From Azolla caroliniana (lineage: Eukaryota; Plantae; Polypodiophyta): a DNA stretch of 64,000 nucleotides. The translations under genes and the position numbers were made by a program. The notes under the pieces were generated by a model, which did not search any database, was not told where the DNA came from, and worked only from the letters and a program-made list of their open reading frames with translations. Positions 50,479-64,000 of the stretch are shown piece after piece (position 1 is the stretch's first letter; each line of letters starts with the position of its first letter). The stretch covers positions 8,742,001 through 8,806,000 of the forward strand of contig JBHGNT010000022.1 in NCBI GenBank assembly GCA_043228905.1, read 5' to 3'.

Positions 50479-53199
50479 AAGGCGAGCATCATGAATGGAG
50501 ACATATATTTTTGATTGTGCATCACCAAATGTTTTAGACTTGTTCTAATTGCATATAGGTGGGTAGAAGATTATTATATGGGCTTAATTTTTAGCAGTAT
50601 GTGTTTTTGTATTGATGACATAAGTTTGTGATTACAACATGCAAGTTATGAACTAAAATTTCTTGAATGAGAAAATTAGTGTTTCATGTAGTTCTTAGCT
50701 TAAAGTGTGAGTTTAAGTTGGCTTCTCCCTATCCAATGTGGTTTGATTTAAGACCACCATTTGAGATATTATTGTATTTCTTTAGAAGCTTAAGTATTTT
50801 CTAGGCGTGAATTAATCCGTTTTATGTTTCCTTTTTTGGCTGATTATGATATCAAACAAAAAAAGAGATTTTCAGGGTACAACATGAATGGGAGTAACAA
50901 ATAGCAAGCTCATTGGTTTACAATTATTTAAGCATCTATATAGACACATGAGAGTTTACAATTATTTAAGCATTTACATAGACACATGAGAGTGTCTACT
51001 TTTGCATGACTAAGTATGACATTATTGGGATGTGATTTTGAACGACTTGATAAAATTTTCGCTTTTAGCATGAAGAAAAGGCGATGCTATGATTTCCAAT
51101 CAATAGTTACGTCACATAGAATCAAGTTGAGACCCCATTTTTATAAGAGAATTTTGTTGGGTAACGAAGCCTTTTTTAATGACTAGAGTATTTTCTATGA
51201 ATACATAACTAACATTTAGCTTATAAAGCACAATATTGACATGTAACTTGTAAGTATATACATTCGAATAGACCGAATGCGAATGTTTTCACGTAGTGCG
51301 TGGCACATAACACCTTGGTTAAGGACAATACAATTAAACTTGTTCTATTTTTATTCGAGATTTTATGCTTACAACCGATCATAATTAAAAGTGATGTATT
51401 TTATTCCATACACCAATATGTGCATTAGGGGAGGGGGGTGCCCAAAGTTGTGATAAACAAACCAAATGGCTTTAACAACTAGGCATGTAATGAACTTGTG
51501 TTTGTCATCTTCATCAACCACTACAAAGAAAAACGCATGTCTTGTTTAAAATGTGACTTCTCTTTAAAGCCATCACCAAAGGCAACCTACTCGCCATTGC
51601 ATTGCCAAAGAAAAAACACATTTGCACGAATTGGAATATGAGATTGCCTTTCTAAACTTAAACCTCAATGTCACCATATTACACATAAACTAATGTGTTG
51701 TCTATCCAAGATCTTCTTCACTAGGCAATCTTTGCCTCAACCAACTTATGGTATTATCATAGTGTACACGTCACATATATAAAAACTTTTACTATCAAAT
51801 GACTAATCATTCCATTGTTCCCCCACCATTACTATCAATTTTGTTCTACCTTTCCTTTTTGGGCTAGAATAAGCAATGCCAATCTTGATTCCTAAACATG
51901 AGAATATCTCACAAGTATATGAAACTTAATTTGCATTCTTTGAAAAGGCCATGATTTGCCCACATGTCTCTAAAAATAACATTTTCAACGATTGCCAAGC
52001 CAAGCATTTTCATTCAATTGAACTATAGCTCGAGACTTCCTTTTCCCTTCCAAGTTCTAATGTTGTAGTCTTGAGGACCCAATTACCCTTGTTGGTGAAG
52101 AGTTACTATATTTAATGACCAAACGTTATTGACACACACGCCGCCACAAACTTGTAATTCTCATTTTCCCATAGTACATATCGACCTTTTACACAAAATG
52201 ATAAATTATTTCCTCCCAAGGTTGAGTGCTTATACATATGTATATATCCCAAGCAACCATATGATATTGCAAAATTAGCAAGCCCGCTCCCCCTAAGCAT
52301 TTCGTGGCACATATCTAGCTCCATGAAACCCAACTTATCTCAATTTTGAACTTTTTCTTTCCAAATGTCGATGTTAGTGAACTAGCGGAATGATCAAGTA
52401 ATTTCTTTGTTAATGGTAGCAATGGGTTCTTGTTTGATGGATGGATTTCTTGTAGTATCACAACATATATGTAGGCTAAAATAAAAGTTGGTCTGACAAA
52501 TTGCACAACTATGCTTTGTAGGCACCTTATCCTCATTGGAGTTGGCTTTAGGTCATTTCGTATTATAACACATTACTTTACATGTATGTTGGAGAGAGAG
52601 ACAATACATGTACTCTTTACTTTACAAAGGCATCTCCAAAGGAATCATTGGTCTCTCACTCAAAAACCAAATTTGTTTTTCCTTTGAATATCTAATGGAA
52701 TGATTTTAATGAGGTAATGATACATACGTTTTTTTTCTTCTCCTCTAACTCTTAGCACATAATGATTTTTATCATCAATTGATTTGGTTTTTCTCTCCCA
52801 TGTTATAACTTTCTCACGTATTAATACATACATATATAAATAAATAAATAAATATATTTCCTCTTTGTCCTGCTAGCTTTTTTCATCTAGTTTTAATGGA
52901 TAACTTTAGCTTATAAAATGTACAAGGAAAATGCCATCTTTCATACACCCTATATCAGAGAAACAATTCTATTTATTTTTCAAAGGCATATATAATAGCG
53001 CGGCAGTGTGGGAACCTTAGCTCTACTAATTGTGTGGCGTGCCAAATGCAACAGAATCAATTCGACACACTTTGTGGGACTACCCATAGACCCATCGAAT
53101 ATGGTGGGGGATTGGCCGCCTATTGCAATTGTGCTAGGTGCAAGGCACAATCAAGTGGGGAAATGTATGTTGGTTATCATGGCAAACCCTAGTTGACAG

Positions 53200-53600
53200 G
53201 TACAAGCATCAGGAGGAGGGGGTGACTTTGGTGATAAAAGCACAAGAGGTTTATTTTCCACCGTCGGCGATATCCGCTCAACTCCTATTAATGCCAAATC
53301 TCAAGTTGTGATGAAATTGATCAACCCAATAACTCTCTGGATCCTATGGAAACAACGGTGTGGATGGTTCTTCTCCAACCAAAACGCGCATCCAATAATG
53401 TTAATGCAAGAGATATGGAGTGAAGTTGTGACCACTCTAAAGAGCCAATATGATCGCCTCAAGGGCGGCTCTGATGGAGTTGAAAGACAACGACTAGACT
53501 TTATCCAACATTGGTCATCCTCTCCCTTTCTTTAGTCTGTGGGCATCAACATATGATGGAACTATTGCGTCTATACAAGGATTTGTATATAATACTCTCA
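53200..53600 (+). mobile_element. 3' fragment of an L1-like LINE ORF2
   Basis: ITLWILWKQRC..FF...EIW matches the Trp-rich C-terminal region of plant LINE ORF2. Confidence 0.55.
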
Positions 53601-54084
53601 TCTGTAAAATTTTATAACTAATGGAAGGAGTTATTTTTGGAAAAAGAAGAAGATTCAAGACCCCACCAAATTTATGGGATCCCTCATCATCAGATGAGCA
53701 TTCGTACACGTCAAACTCATCACCTATTGGGGTACTCGTACCTTTCTCCTTACCTTTTTTTCTCTTGTAATTAGTCTCCTTTCGAGACCAAAGTGGGCGT
53801 GGGCAACCATGGACCTCGATTACCAGCGAACAATTTGACAAATCCTGGCCCCGACCATATGGCGACCATCATTTGTAGGAAGCGCGCCTGTATGTTTCGA
53901 CCCGTGCCACAGAAGGGCGGTGTGAGCCCAGGTAGCTAAACGAACTCTACTCCCTTTGCCTCTGTGAACCCAGACTGCGGAATGCAGGAGAGAGAGAGAG
54001 AGATGCCTTCGCCTGCAAATGGGATCGATGAGATGAGAAAGGCAAATCCCGATTAGGTCAGACAAGCTAAAGGAGGCCCTCTAT

Positions 54085-54263
54085 CATACATACATACAAT
54101 ACATACATATATACATACATATATGTATGTATGTAATGTATGTATGTGCAAGCACCACTAGAAGAATGTGTGTGTCTGTGTGGAGAGATAAGATTCAAGT
54201 GAATCAGCTTAAAGGAAAGGAAAAAGGAAGAAGAAGAAAGAAGAAGAAAGAAGAAGAAGACAA

Positions 54264-54297
<34 letters not shown>

Positions 54298-54360
54298 AGT
54301 AGAAAAGATGAAGAAGCAAAAGAAAAGAAAAGACAGTCAGTCAGACATACATACATACAT

Positions 54361-54395
<35 letters not shown>

Positions 54396-54433
54396 GCAAA
54401 ACCTAAAAGAGAGAGAGAGAGAAAGAGAGAATC

Positions 54434-54477
<44 letters not shown>

Positions 54478-54600
54478 AAGAGAAGAGAGAGAGAGAGAAG
54501 AGAAGAGAAGAGAAGAGAGAGAGAGGCAAGAAGAAGTAGGAATCAAAAGGAATGCACCCCCCCCCTTCTCTCTGATTCTCTCTCTCTGTCTCTCTCTCTC
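54085..54600. repeat. Promoter-proximal (CATA)n, (GA)n, (GACA)n, (GAA)n microsatellites
   Basis: Directly visible upstream of the transporter 5' UTR. Confidence 0.9.
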
Positions 54601-55269
54601 CCATTTGATCTATATTCTCTAAGATTCCATTACCAATACCCGAAAAGAAGCCCACATCTGTGCTCCCTTCCTATACATGCCCCTCTTCTTTTTCCTTTCT
54701 CTGCACAATCCGCCATCGCGGAGCTCCTTGCCCTTTTGTTACTGCAGATTCCGCTTATACTCTGCCCCTTCTTCCATCGCCACCGGATCTTCTGCTTATT
54801 CATGCCACCATTTCACTGATCCGAATCGGTATCCTCTGCTTTACCTTCTTTAAATGCGATCTTTGTAATAGACGGCTTTCTCGTTATCTGTCTCTGTTTT
54901 TCTCTATGTGGTTTGTATTTTTTAAAAACAAAAATTCATTTGTGATTTCATCCCTCGGATCTAGTTTAAGAATTAATTCTCTTTTTGGGTTTTGCTTAAG
55001 AGAAGGAAATTACTTCCCCATCTGTTTAACAAGAAATTGTCCTTTCTGGGGTTTCTCACTGTTTTTGTTGCCTGCAGGAATCAGTGCAATCCGATATTGA
55101 GCAACAGCCTTTGTCGTCTCCTCAGAGAATACGGTTTTTCTTTGCGTGTAGGAATAAAATCTTCGTTTTTGAAGAGAGAAACAATTTTCTTGCAAAAAAG
55201 TATACTATTGCCGTTCCTAGAGTTGTCTGAAATCTGGGAATCTTGAAGAAAAAAGGGCTACGCAGTAAA

Positions 55270-58200
55270 ATGGCCCCAAAACTAACAAAAAGTCCATATA
55301 TACCATCAACATCTGAAGAGGACCCATTGATGCCACCAATGAAACCAGAAGATGATCAACAATATGATGGATATAGTGGAGCTTCTGTTTACAGTGCAGT
55401 GTTCAGTCTTTCCACGAGCATTGTGGGAGCAGGGATAATGGGCCTTCCTTCTACGATGGATATAGTCGGATTGATCCCGGGATGCATTATGATTGTTCTC
55501 GTCGGTTTGTTAACTAACACTTCGATTGATTACTTGCTTCGCTATTCAGTTAAAAGTAGCGCAGTTTCGTATGGTGGAGTTATGGCTGATTCGTTTGGTC
55601 GATATGGGCGTACAATCCTTCAAATCTGTGTCATCATTAACAACTTTGGTCTCCTTGTGGTCTACCTCATTATCATAGGTAATTTTCCACTTTAACTCCT
55701 TGAGGAGACATTTGCTGTAATTGTTTAAAAGGAATCTTTATTCAGAAAGTCTAAGGAACACTTGGAGATTATTTATCCACCCAACCATATCCCCTGATCC
55801 CCTCTCCATTTTAATAGCTTTATGCTACGCATCCAAATTCTATTAAAACATCAGTCACACCTAATCTTGTATTTTAATAAACTCAGAAGCTCTCCGTTCC
55901 TCTCTATCTCTCTCTCTCTCAACTTGATGAATACAATTCTCTTTTGAGTTGTCATATGAGAACCAGAAATTCTGTATTTGAATGCAGTTTGTGGCTTTCT
56001 ATCCATAATTTTGTATGATCTACTAAATTTAACAACTTTAGCATGTGCCGTTCGTACTGCTGGCTCAAATATGAAGTACTATGAGTAGAATCAAGAAAGG
56101 ATGAAATTTTGTCACAAGAGAATAGCTAGCCATTTAATATGCATGTGAACCCTAGATTTTGTGTCTAGACCATAGATAACCAGGACTAGGCGTTGAAGTT
56201 CAAGGATTACAGATTACTTTGGTGCATCCCATCCCACATATAGAGATTTCTAGCAGATATCTTTGGGGAAAACACCACCACTTAGAATGGCTGAAATATA
56301 AGTAGAATTAAGGAAGAACGGAAAATGCACGAGAGAGTAGGTAGGCCTTTATATATATGGAAACATACCATAGCTGTAGGTGATCTGCCATCAATTATAA
56401 CAACATATCTAGGTATACGATGTTCTGATTGTTGCAATCTTGTATCTCTTTAAAAAGAATATAGTGTAGTTCTTGGTTTTGAAGTTTTTTATTGCATTGT
56501 ATCAGAATGTTAAGAAAAGAGCATTACCTCACAAACTCTCATTAACATTGTAGCTGATGTGCTATCTGGTTCTACATCTTCATCTGTTCATCATACGGGA
56601 GTTTTGGAGGAGTGGGCAGGTGGACAAACATGGTGGAATTCTAGGGTAATTGTGATGCTACTTACAACAATTCTTGTTCTGGCTCCGTTGGCATGTTTCC
56701 GGCATGTTGGTAAGTCAAAGACACCCATTTACCAGCTTAGCTTTTGGTTGCTGTTATGGCTTTGTATATGTTTTTCTAATTTCTTGAATATTTCTTGAAT
56801 TACAAGCAATCATTTGCTGCACATCTTTCTTTCTTATTTGCTATAGATTCACAATATACTTATTTTTGGGTTTTTACGTTACATTTTTGTTTACTAATGT
56901 GGATTTCCATTTTGTTTTTGAATTCCTAGGAACCATAAGGGATCACATGCCACACAGTTTTCTTTTCAATTTTCTATAGGTTAGCTCACTTCTTGTTGAG
57001 TTTGTATGCTAGATTGTTCTTTCTCAGAGAACAATTTAGTCTAGGTATCTTAGCTTACCAATCCATCAAACATGTGAATTACAAAGCATCTATCTTAATA
57101 GAAGAGTATTTGTAATTCAGAATACTTGCATTTAGAAATCAAAATCGATAGTTATTCAGTCATCTTCAGCAACTATTCAATGATGGCTATTTATCATATA
57201 ATGTTTTGAGAGACTTTGGTTGTTTTTCTCTTTCAGATTCGTTGCAGCTTTCCTCCGCGTTGTCAGTTGGTCTGGCAGTTTTATTTGTGGTTGTGACAGC
57301 TGCCATAGCAGTTTACAAGCTGATAGCTGGGACTATCAGTATGCCAAAATTATTTCCAGAACTTAGTGGTGATGCATCCACAGTCTTGTCTTACTTCTCA
57401 GTGGTGCCAATCTTAGTGACAGCATACATTTGTCATCATTGTGGTAAGTGATAATTTTCTGATATCCTATTGGTTAAGGTGAAGAACTTACTGAGGATAA
57501 TATAACATGCCAGTGTGTTACTTGATAATTTCCCACAAATGACTGAATGTTTCGGATTTGTGGCTAGAAAGTGAATTCTGTAGCATAGGAGCATGTGTTC
57601 AAATGCTGGAGCAAGTGCATTAAAAAAACAATTGCACTGGAATTGAAAATCACATGTTTCTTATCAAAACTTTGAATTATTCTTGAATCAATTTAATTAG
57701 TGAGTGGAATTTTTGAGGTTCATTGAGGAGTGTTGTGTACTTCACCATCCACACTGCCACACTCATTGCCCAAATAACAGCCATCAGCACCTTCACATAA
57801 ACCACACAGCGCATACCCCTCCCCCTCCCCCAGGGACTGTGTGCCAAATTTGATGGTATGATGATGTGTCGAGAGAGTTCTACTGCAAGTTATGAGCAAG
57901 GAAAGCACTAGAGAGGTTACAGACAGGTAAGGTATACGTGTAAAAATTCTTGTGTTGCAAGAGGGCTTTTGAGGAGGAACAAGATATGATCTCTATGATG
58001 TCATGAGTATGGATAGTGCCACAACAAGATACACCCTCAGCTAGTCTCAACCAACTACAAACATCCATATTTGACACCTTGACCCACTAGCATGGCATGC
58101 ATATGCACAGAAGCTATATGAGGTTTGTGACCAACCCCCCATACCGTTATCACTAGAGCCATGACCTTCCAACTCTTAATTCTTCACTCCAGGCATTGTA

Positions 58201-61200
58201 GTGAGCTATTCGCCACTTGAACATGGTACATCTACTGACCACATAAGGTTACAAATTGAGAACCTCATCAACGGAATCTTTATCACCTGAGCCATGACCT
58301 TCCAACTCTTAATTCTTCACTCCAGGCACTGTAGTGAGCTATTCTCCACTTGCACATGGTATGCCTACTGACTACATAAGGTTACAAAATGAGAACCTTA
58401 TCTACGAAATCCAACACTAAAGACCTGTTGACTGCATACCTTTTCAACCAGGCTATGCTCCAGGGCTTCCGCAGACAACCTGTTCCTATTCACAATCTGG
58501 TCAAGGCAGTTCCTCTGTTTATGCAGGCCATATTTTGATTGATCTGGTATATTCTTTAGCTGTGAAATTTGAATGATTAGGGAATTAGATGAGTATCGTG
58601 ATTGCTCATACCATGCCCGAACTATGGAGCAGTACTTAAGGTGCAGCTCAACTCATTGGCAGAGAGAAATAAAGAAAGAAAGACATATTAAAGTCTCCTA
58701 AGAGGCCAAAATGGCCTATAAGACCAAGCAAGAGGTTACATCTCAAACTGTTTTCTTGTCTTCGAGAATAACAAACCAATAAATAGAACTAAACAAATAA
58801 AGCAAGTCTCTAAAGAATCTTATCATCTATACATGTAAGATTCTCAAGTAAGATAGATTGTAATTTTTGTGCTGGAAAGATCTCAAGCATAGGTCGATCC
58901 AGAAAGGAGAGATTTCCAAAATGAGGGAAGCACCTGCCATGGCAGGAGATAATGACCTTTATCTGTTAATGACAAGGGCGGCGAGATCGTGATCCTTAAA
59001 GCTGGAGCCTATGTGCACAAAAAATTGCGTCTGCCCAATATATCATAAGCCCTTTGCAATTTCATTGTTAGGAGCCCACTTGTGTAGCCTTTGATTGATT
59101 TGTAGCGTGAGTAGGATTGATAGGGCTAAAGAAAGTTGGTGTTTGTTCTTTGTTGATAGTTGTATTGATGTCCTTCGACAACTTCTAAGCACCGCTGGTT
59201 GTATTCCATTATCTTCTATGGTGGGCCAAAGCTTTAGTTAAGAGGCAGTGCTATCTCCCTCTTATTTCACAAAAATTAATATAGTGACAAACATAGTGTT
59301 CGTCAGACTCCCTAATGACACAATTGGCAGATTCTTTTTTCCAGAGGTGTGCATGTATGTCTGCCTACCTCAATCTCTAATTGATGTGATGAGGTCTGCA
59401 ACTGCCGTGTCATATTGCAAAACACAAGTTATAGATGTATATCCATATAAATGGGCGCCTTATAGTGGGGCATCTCCAGCCAAGAGAGATGTTGTGGGCT
59501 GATCCATGTTTTCCTTTATCCAATTTGATAATATTAGTTTGGATCACTCTATTCTTTTCCACTTTGGTCATGTTCAGATGTGGACAATTGAAGCTATATT
59601 TGGGGGTAGTTATAGATGTATATCCATATAAAAGGGCCTGATGATGAATCCATCCTCCAATGTGTGTAAAAAGTGTGCCTTATAGTGGGGTATCTCCAAC
59701 CAAGAGAGATGTTGTGGGGCTGATCCATGTTCTTCTGTTATCCAATTTGATAATATTAGTTCGGATTACTCTATTCTTTTCCACTTTGCTCATGTTCAGA
59801 TGTGGACAATTGAAGCTATACTTGGGGGTAGTGCATTCATGCTTATGCCATGTGACTAGAAGCATTGTTGCGTTTCAGCATATCAACAATGATTATCTCC
59901 ATGCAGGGCCAGTTGTTTCAAGCTGTTGGATATTGGTCACTGATTGGAATACTGCCTCAGTGATTATTGGTGCTGCTCCAAGCTTCACTGGTATCATATC
60001 ATGTGACAACAAGCTTTGCTCCTTATCATGTGGGCAATCATTGAGACTAAAGGTCTCTCCAAATATCTCCAATTATCATCCTTGTGGAGACTTGGTCCCT
60101 AGGTTTTGACTACGTAGAGAAGAGCTGGTGTGGTGTGACAAGTGTATCAAATAACTGCAATTTAATTTGTGGCTTGTGGAACTGTATATGTGCAACTTTC
60201 AAGCGCACCAAGGGCTGCATAGCCATGAGAAATTCAAGCAGCCTGCTGTAAGGAGAACTGAGGCCCTGTAAATATTTTTCCCAGGTGTGCGATGACGTGT
60301 ATGCCACCTTTTCCTATCTCAAGAAGAACTATTGTTCAGATCGTATTACCCATACTTGAATAGTGTTAAACACCATCACTCTGGTTTTTCCAGGTTTATG
60401 AACAAACCTTTGTCCATACAAAACGATTCTAAAGCATTTATATGTCTTTGTAGTCCCTTTGGAGTGTTGGAGATCAGACAATGTCATCAACATATAATAG
60501 TAATATTCTCCTAAACTTCCAAATTCACTGTATAATCTGATATCTCATTGATATAGAGATTGAAGGGAGTGGCATCCTCTGACAGCCACAGCCTCTGACA
60601 GCCATTAGGAGATCACACTTTTCCTGACGTGGATTCTCACAGTGCATAGATTCCCCATTGAATATCTACGGGGACACCAAGCCATCCTAGCTGCTGGATT
60701 GGCAGAGTATGCAGTACAGTGTTGAAGGCTTTCAGAAATCCACCTAGTAGCAATAAATCCTCTTGCAGCAATAAAATCCTCTTTTTATGGGATTTGCTCT
60801 CCCCGACAAGGGCTTCAAGGTTCAATACGTGATCAGCCATTCCTTTCTGCCCATATATTCAATTCTGTCTCTAGGATTGAGTCTTGCAGTTTAATCAAGT
60901 AATGGCCAACCATGATTATCCAATAATTGATCAGCATCATGAGGTCACCACGGTTGAAGTTTGGTGCAATGGTGTGTTCGGTCCAGCGTAGGGAAGCCTT
61001 CACACAGCTCTTTTAAAGACGTGTGCCAGCAACGGGAGGAGGGTTCATGATAAGAGATAAATTGCTCACCTACCAATCCTTCATGATCTGGGGCAGGGGC
61101 ATGGAAGAAGAGGCTCTTATGTTGCTTTACTGATTTCTGCAAAGCTTTTGGTAGTCCTGCATCAGAGGTTCTTCCAGTGCAGACATGGAACAGAGAGCAT

Positions 61201-63746
61201 CTGTCTGCATGGGCACCAAATGAAATGGAATGTTTTGTCCATAGGATGAGAGCTGCCAGTGAATAGAGTAATGTGCATTCTGCTCGAGGCCTGTAGGAAG
61301 CTTGCTGAGTTAGGTGAGAGTTGGCCTTGTTAACGTCAGAGCTGCCAGTGAATAGAGTAATGTGCATGGTGCTCAAGGCCTGTAGGAAGCTTGCTGAGTC
61401 AGGCGAGAGTTGGCCTTGTTAAGGTCAGAGATTGATTTCAAGCACATGGCCTTGATATGGAAAGATTCCCTCTTTTCAGGTATGATCACACTCACATTTC
61501 ATCTGCCTTTTACATAGTGAGGTATACAGGCATCAAAGACAGATGCATGGAACTATCTATTTGTTAGAGATCCCATCCTTCAACAAATCATGGTGTAGAG
61601 ATCAGTGTAGGTTTGGTCATTTCTTGCTCATGGTTGAGTCATTGTGGAGCATTGATGCATACTGCAGCTGTACAATGGGGAGACAGTTCATTGAACATTT
61701 CTTTCAGATGGTCACATCTTCACCCTGTGTCACACATGAAGGTGTCCCATGCATGAGGTGCAGATGATTAAAACCCTGAGATAATCGGGAGTCCTAAGAC
61801 AAAGCCCCCCCAGATTCCATCATAGACAACTGAGATAGCTGCAGACTTTGCACCACATCCACCCATGTATTTCATTCTACACCCTCCAATTAATTGGGTG
61901 CATCTGACTTCTCATAGTCAAAATTTCCTTTATAGACATTATAAGTCATTCATTCATTCATTCATTCATTATCTGTCTCTGGAATTGCCAATGACATGGT
62001 TTTATTGGACTTTTGCAGATGGGAGTGTCTTTAACAAAAGTTATTTACTCACTAAAATAATATCCCGAACTGCCACTCACATGTTGCATAAAAAATTTGA
62101 ATGAAATGTTTGCCTAAAACAAACTCTCTCTAGAGCTGCTAATCACGTGTTGCATAGAAATGTGAAGATAAGGAAGGTCTTTAATGAAAGCACTGTCTAG
62201 TAAAATGTATGCCAGTGCACAGGGAACAATTTTATCTTTTTGATATTTCTTTTCATTTAGCTCCTTATTTCGGTATATCTGAAGTTCAAATGTGTCAGAA
62301 AGCTAAAACTGTTTGGAATGAGGAGCCAAATAGAGAAAATTTGTTGAGAATTAGGCAAAATCATGTTACATGAAGCTTGTAGAGCTTCTCCAGAACTATA
62401 TTACTGACTCCATGCCTTCTTTGTTGTTAAACAGTGCATCCAATTCTGAATGAGCTCGAGACAGCATCCGAATCTAAGAAAGTGATACGAATATCACTCA
62501 CATTATGCACATCAATTTATGTAGCAACTAGTGTCTTTTGCTTTCTCTTGTTTGGAGAAGACACATTGACTGATGTCCTATCCAATTTTGATACGGATCT
62601 TGGAGTACCACATTCAGCCCTTTTATCAGATATAGTTCGAGTTGGATATGCATTTCATCTAATGCTTGTGTACCCATTATTGAATTTCGCACTTCGACTG
62701 AATGTGGATGGGCTCATCTTCCCGAGAGCTGTTCCAATATCTGCTGATCCACGCCGTTTTGCAATACTCACAACAGGCATAATTCTTGCAACTTTTCTTG
62801 GAGCATCTTTTATTCCGGATATCTCCGATGCCTTCCAAATTACAGGGTCCACTTCAGCTGTATGCATTGGTTTTATCTTCCCGGGTTTACTGGTTCTGCG
62901 GTAAGGTTATGCTTTCTTTTGCAGTTATTGTGTTTTTTAAACTACAGTGGATAAACTATGGGCATTTTTTAAATTTACTAGAATACTCATCTGTTAATTA
63001 TGTGCATTCTGGTAAACATTCTTATGGTATGGGTAAATTTCCCACAGTAAGACTTAATAGGATTATGAAAGGAAATACCCTGTTAAATTCTTTTGCAACT
63101 ATTATTATGAATGTTGATGTAAGAGCCACATCCAACCATTATTAGCAGCATTTTGTGAAAGAATAATACTAATGTCTGTTAAATTCTAATCTTAGATCTG
63201 TATATGAAAGAGAAAAATGGAACATAAAGTTAACTTATTTATGAGTAAAATAGGAAGTATTTACTTTTTACCGAAAATGGAAGGAATTTCTGTTACCTTA
63301 GTTGCCCATAAAATCAATAAACTAATGAAATTTGAGGGAATAGACAAGCCAGATTATATTAAAATGTTAAAAATAGGCGAGATTCTGTGAGATAATGTTT
63401 CTATACAGTTTAGCTATAATTTAAACTTTCAATGAGGCTCTAATATTGTCTATATACATGCTAAACTTAATATAATTAGAAAAACATGTGTAGGAAATTT
63501 TAGCAATTTTTTGTTACATTGATATCCCAAATGTCGCTGTGATGTAACCATATAATCAAAGGAGTCTATATTGACTATGGTATTTGGTTTCGATGGCTAA
63601 CATATTATATACTGTCTGTCATACCTACCAGGGATACCCATAAAATAGCATCAAAGCAAGACAAGGTGACTGCATGGTTTATGGTGTTACTGGCTATTGG
63701 TGCAAGTATTATAGCTCTGACGGGGGATATCTACAGTCTTTTCTAA
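55270..63746 (+). CDS. AVT6: Amino acid transporter, AAAP/SLC38-like (AVT6 subfamily); exons 55270-55678, 56554-56709, 57237-57443, 62435-62900, 63632-63746
   Basis: GASVYSAVFSLSTSIVGAGIMGLP, INNFGLLVVYLIII-DVLSG...GVLEEW, DSLQLSSALSV, VPILVTAYICH, VHPILNEL...DVLSNFDTDLG, FIFPG-RDTHKIA. GT-AG introns in phase; stop TAA at 63744-63746. A 5'-UTR intron is likely at ~54829-55077. Confidence 0.93.
58900..61800 (-). mobile_element. Degenerate non-LTR retrotransposon (RTE-like) inside transporter intron 3
   Basis: RT-type remnants DHVLNLEAL, F.KAFNTV, YLQG and IKLQLFDTLVTP, plus internal tandem duplications. Confidence 0.65.
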
Positions 63747-64000
63747 CCAAAGAATTCTATTGGTTTGATTTCTCGATGCAAGTGACAGCCACAAGCTCTG
63801 TAAATATACAACCCTTGAAATATTTCTCTATTCCCTTTGTGATAGAGTTCTATCAAGAGTCAATGCTAAGTGTAACACAAATAATGGTGTGGGCTGTCAC
63901 CACCACAAGCTATTAAGAGCCACATTTTTTTCTATCAATGATCATTATTAATGTTGTACAAAACAGTTTTCAAATTTTGTTTTTTTGATTGTACTCTTTC

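Noticed and set aside
51400-52600. Possible hAT (DUF659-type) remnant on the minus strand
   Set aside because: Only faint motif echoes. Not supportable without a profile search.
54127-54819. 230-aa R/E-rich ORF
   Set aside because: Arises from (GA)n/(GACA)n tracts in the promoter and 5' UTR of the transporter.

Overview
Eukaryotic, AT-rich, intron-containing plant DNA. The transposon content suggests a non-seed plant such as a fern; this is an inference. Host genes: the 3' part of a GCK-domain (twin CX9C-like) gene at the left edge; a putative 5-exon, 147-aa gene on the minus strand with an EB1 C-terminal-like motif but no CH domain; a complete 9-coding-exon ERCC1 gene (-); and a complete 5-exon AVT6-type amino-acid transporter gene (+). 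The rest is mostly transposon debris: three Copia elements with identifiable LTRs/TSDs, a rearranged Ty3/Gypsy chromovirus (TSD CTAGA) with a Copia nested in its 3' LTR, a second Gypsy family, a solo LTR, a Sola-like (GHTHxxIDQ) transposase remnant, a SWIM-ORF element with inverted subterminal repeat arrays, hAT and LINE remnants, and a plastid-type trnG-GCC pseudogene. Most notable: two different Gypsy families both lack a tRNA PBS. Each has a PBS complementary to a sequence about 32-33 nt after its own LTR TATA box (Tf1-type self-priming), and in both that primer sequence is one arm of an LTR hairpin. All calls were made by eye without database searches.
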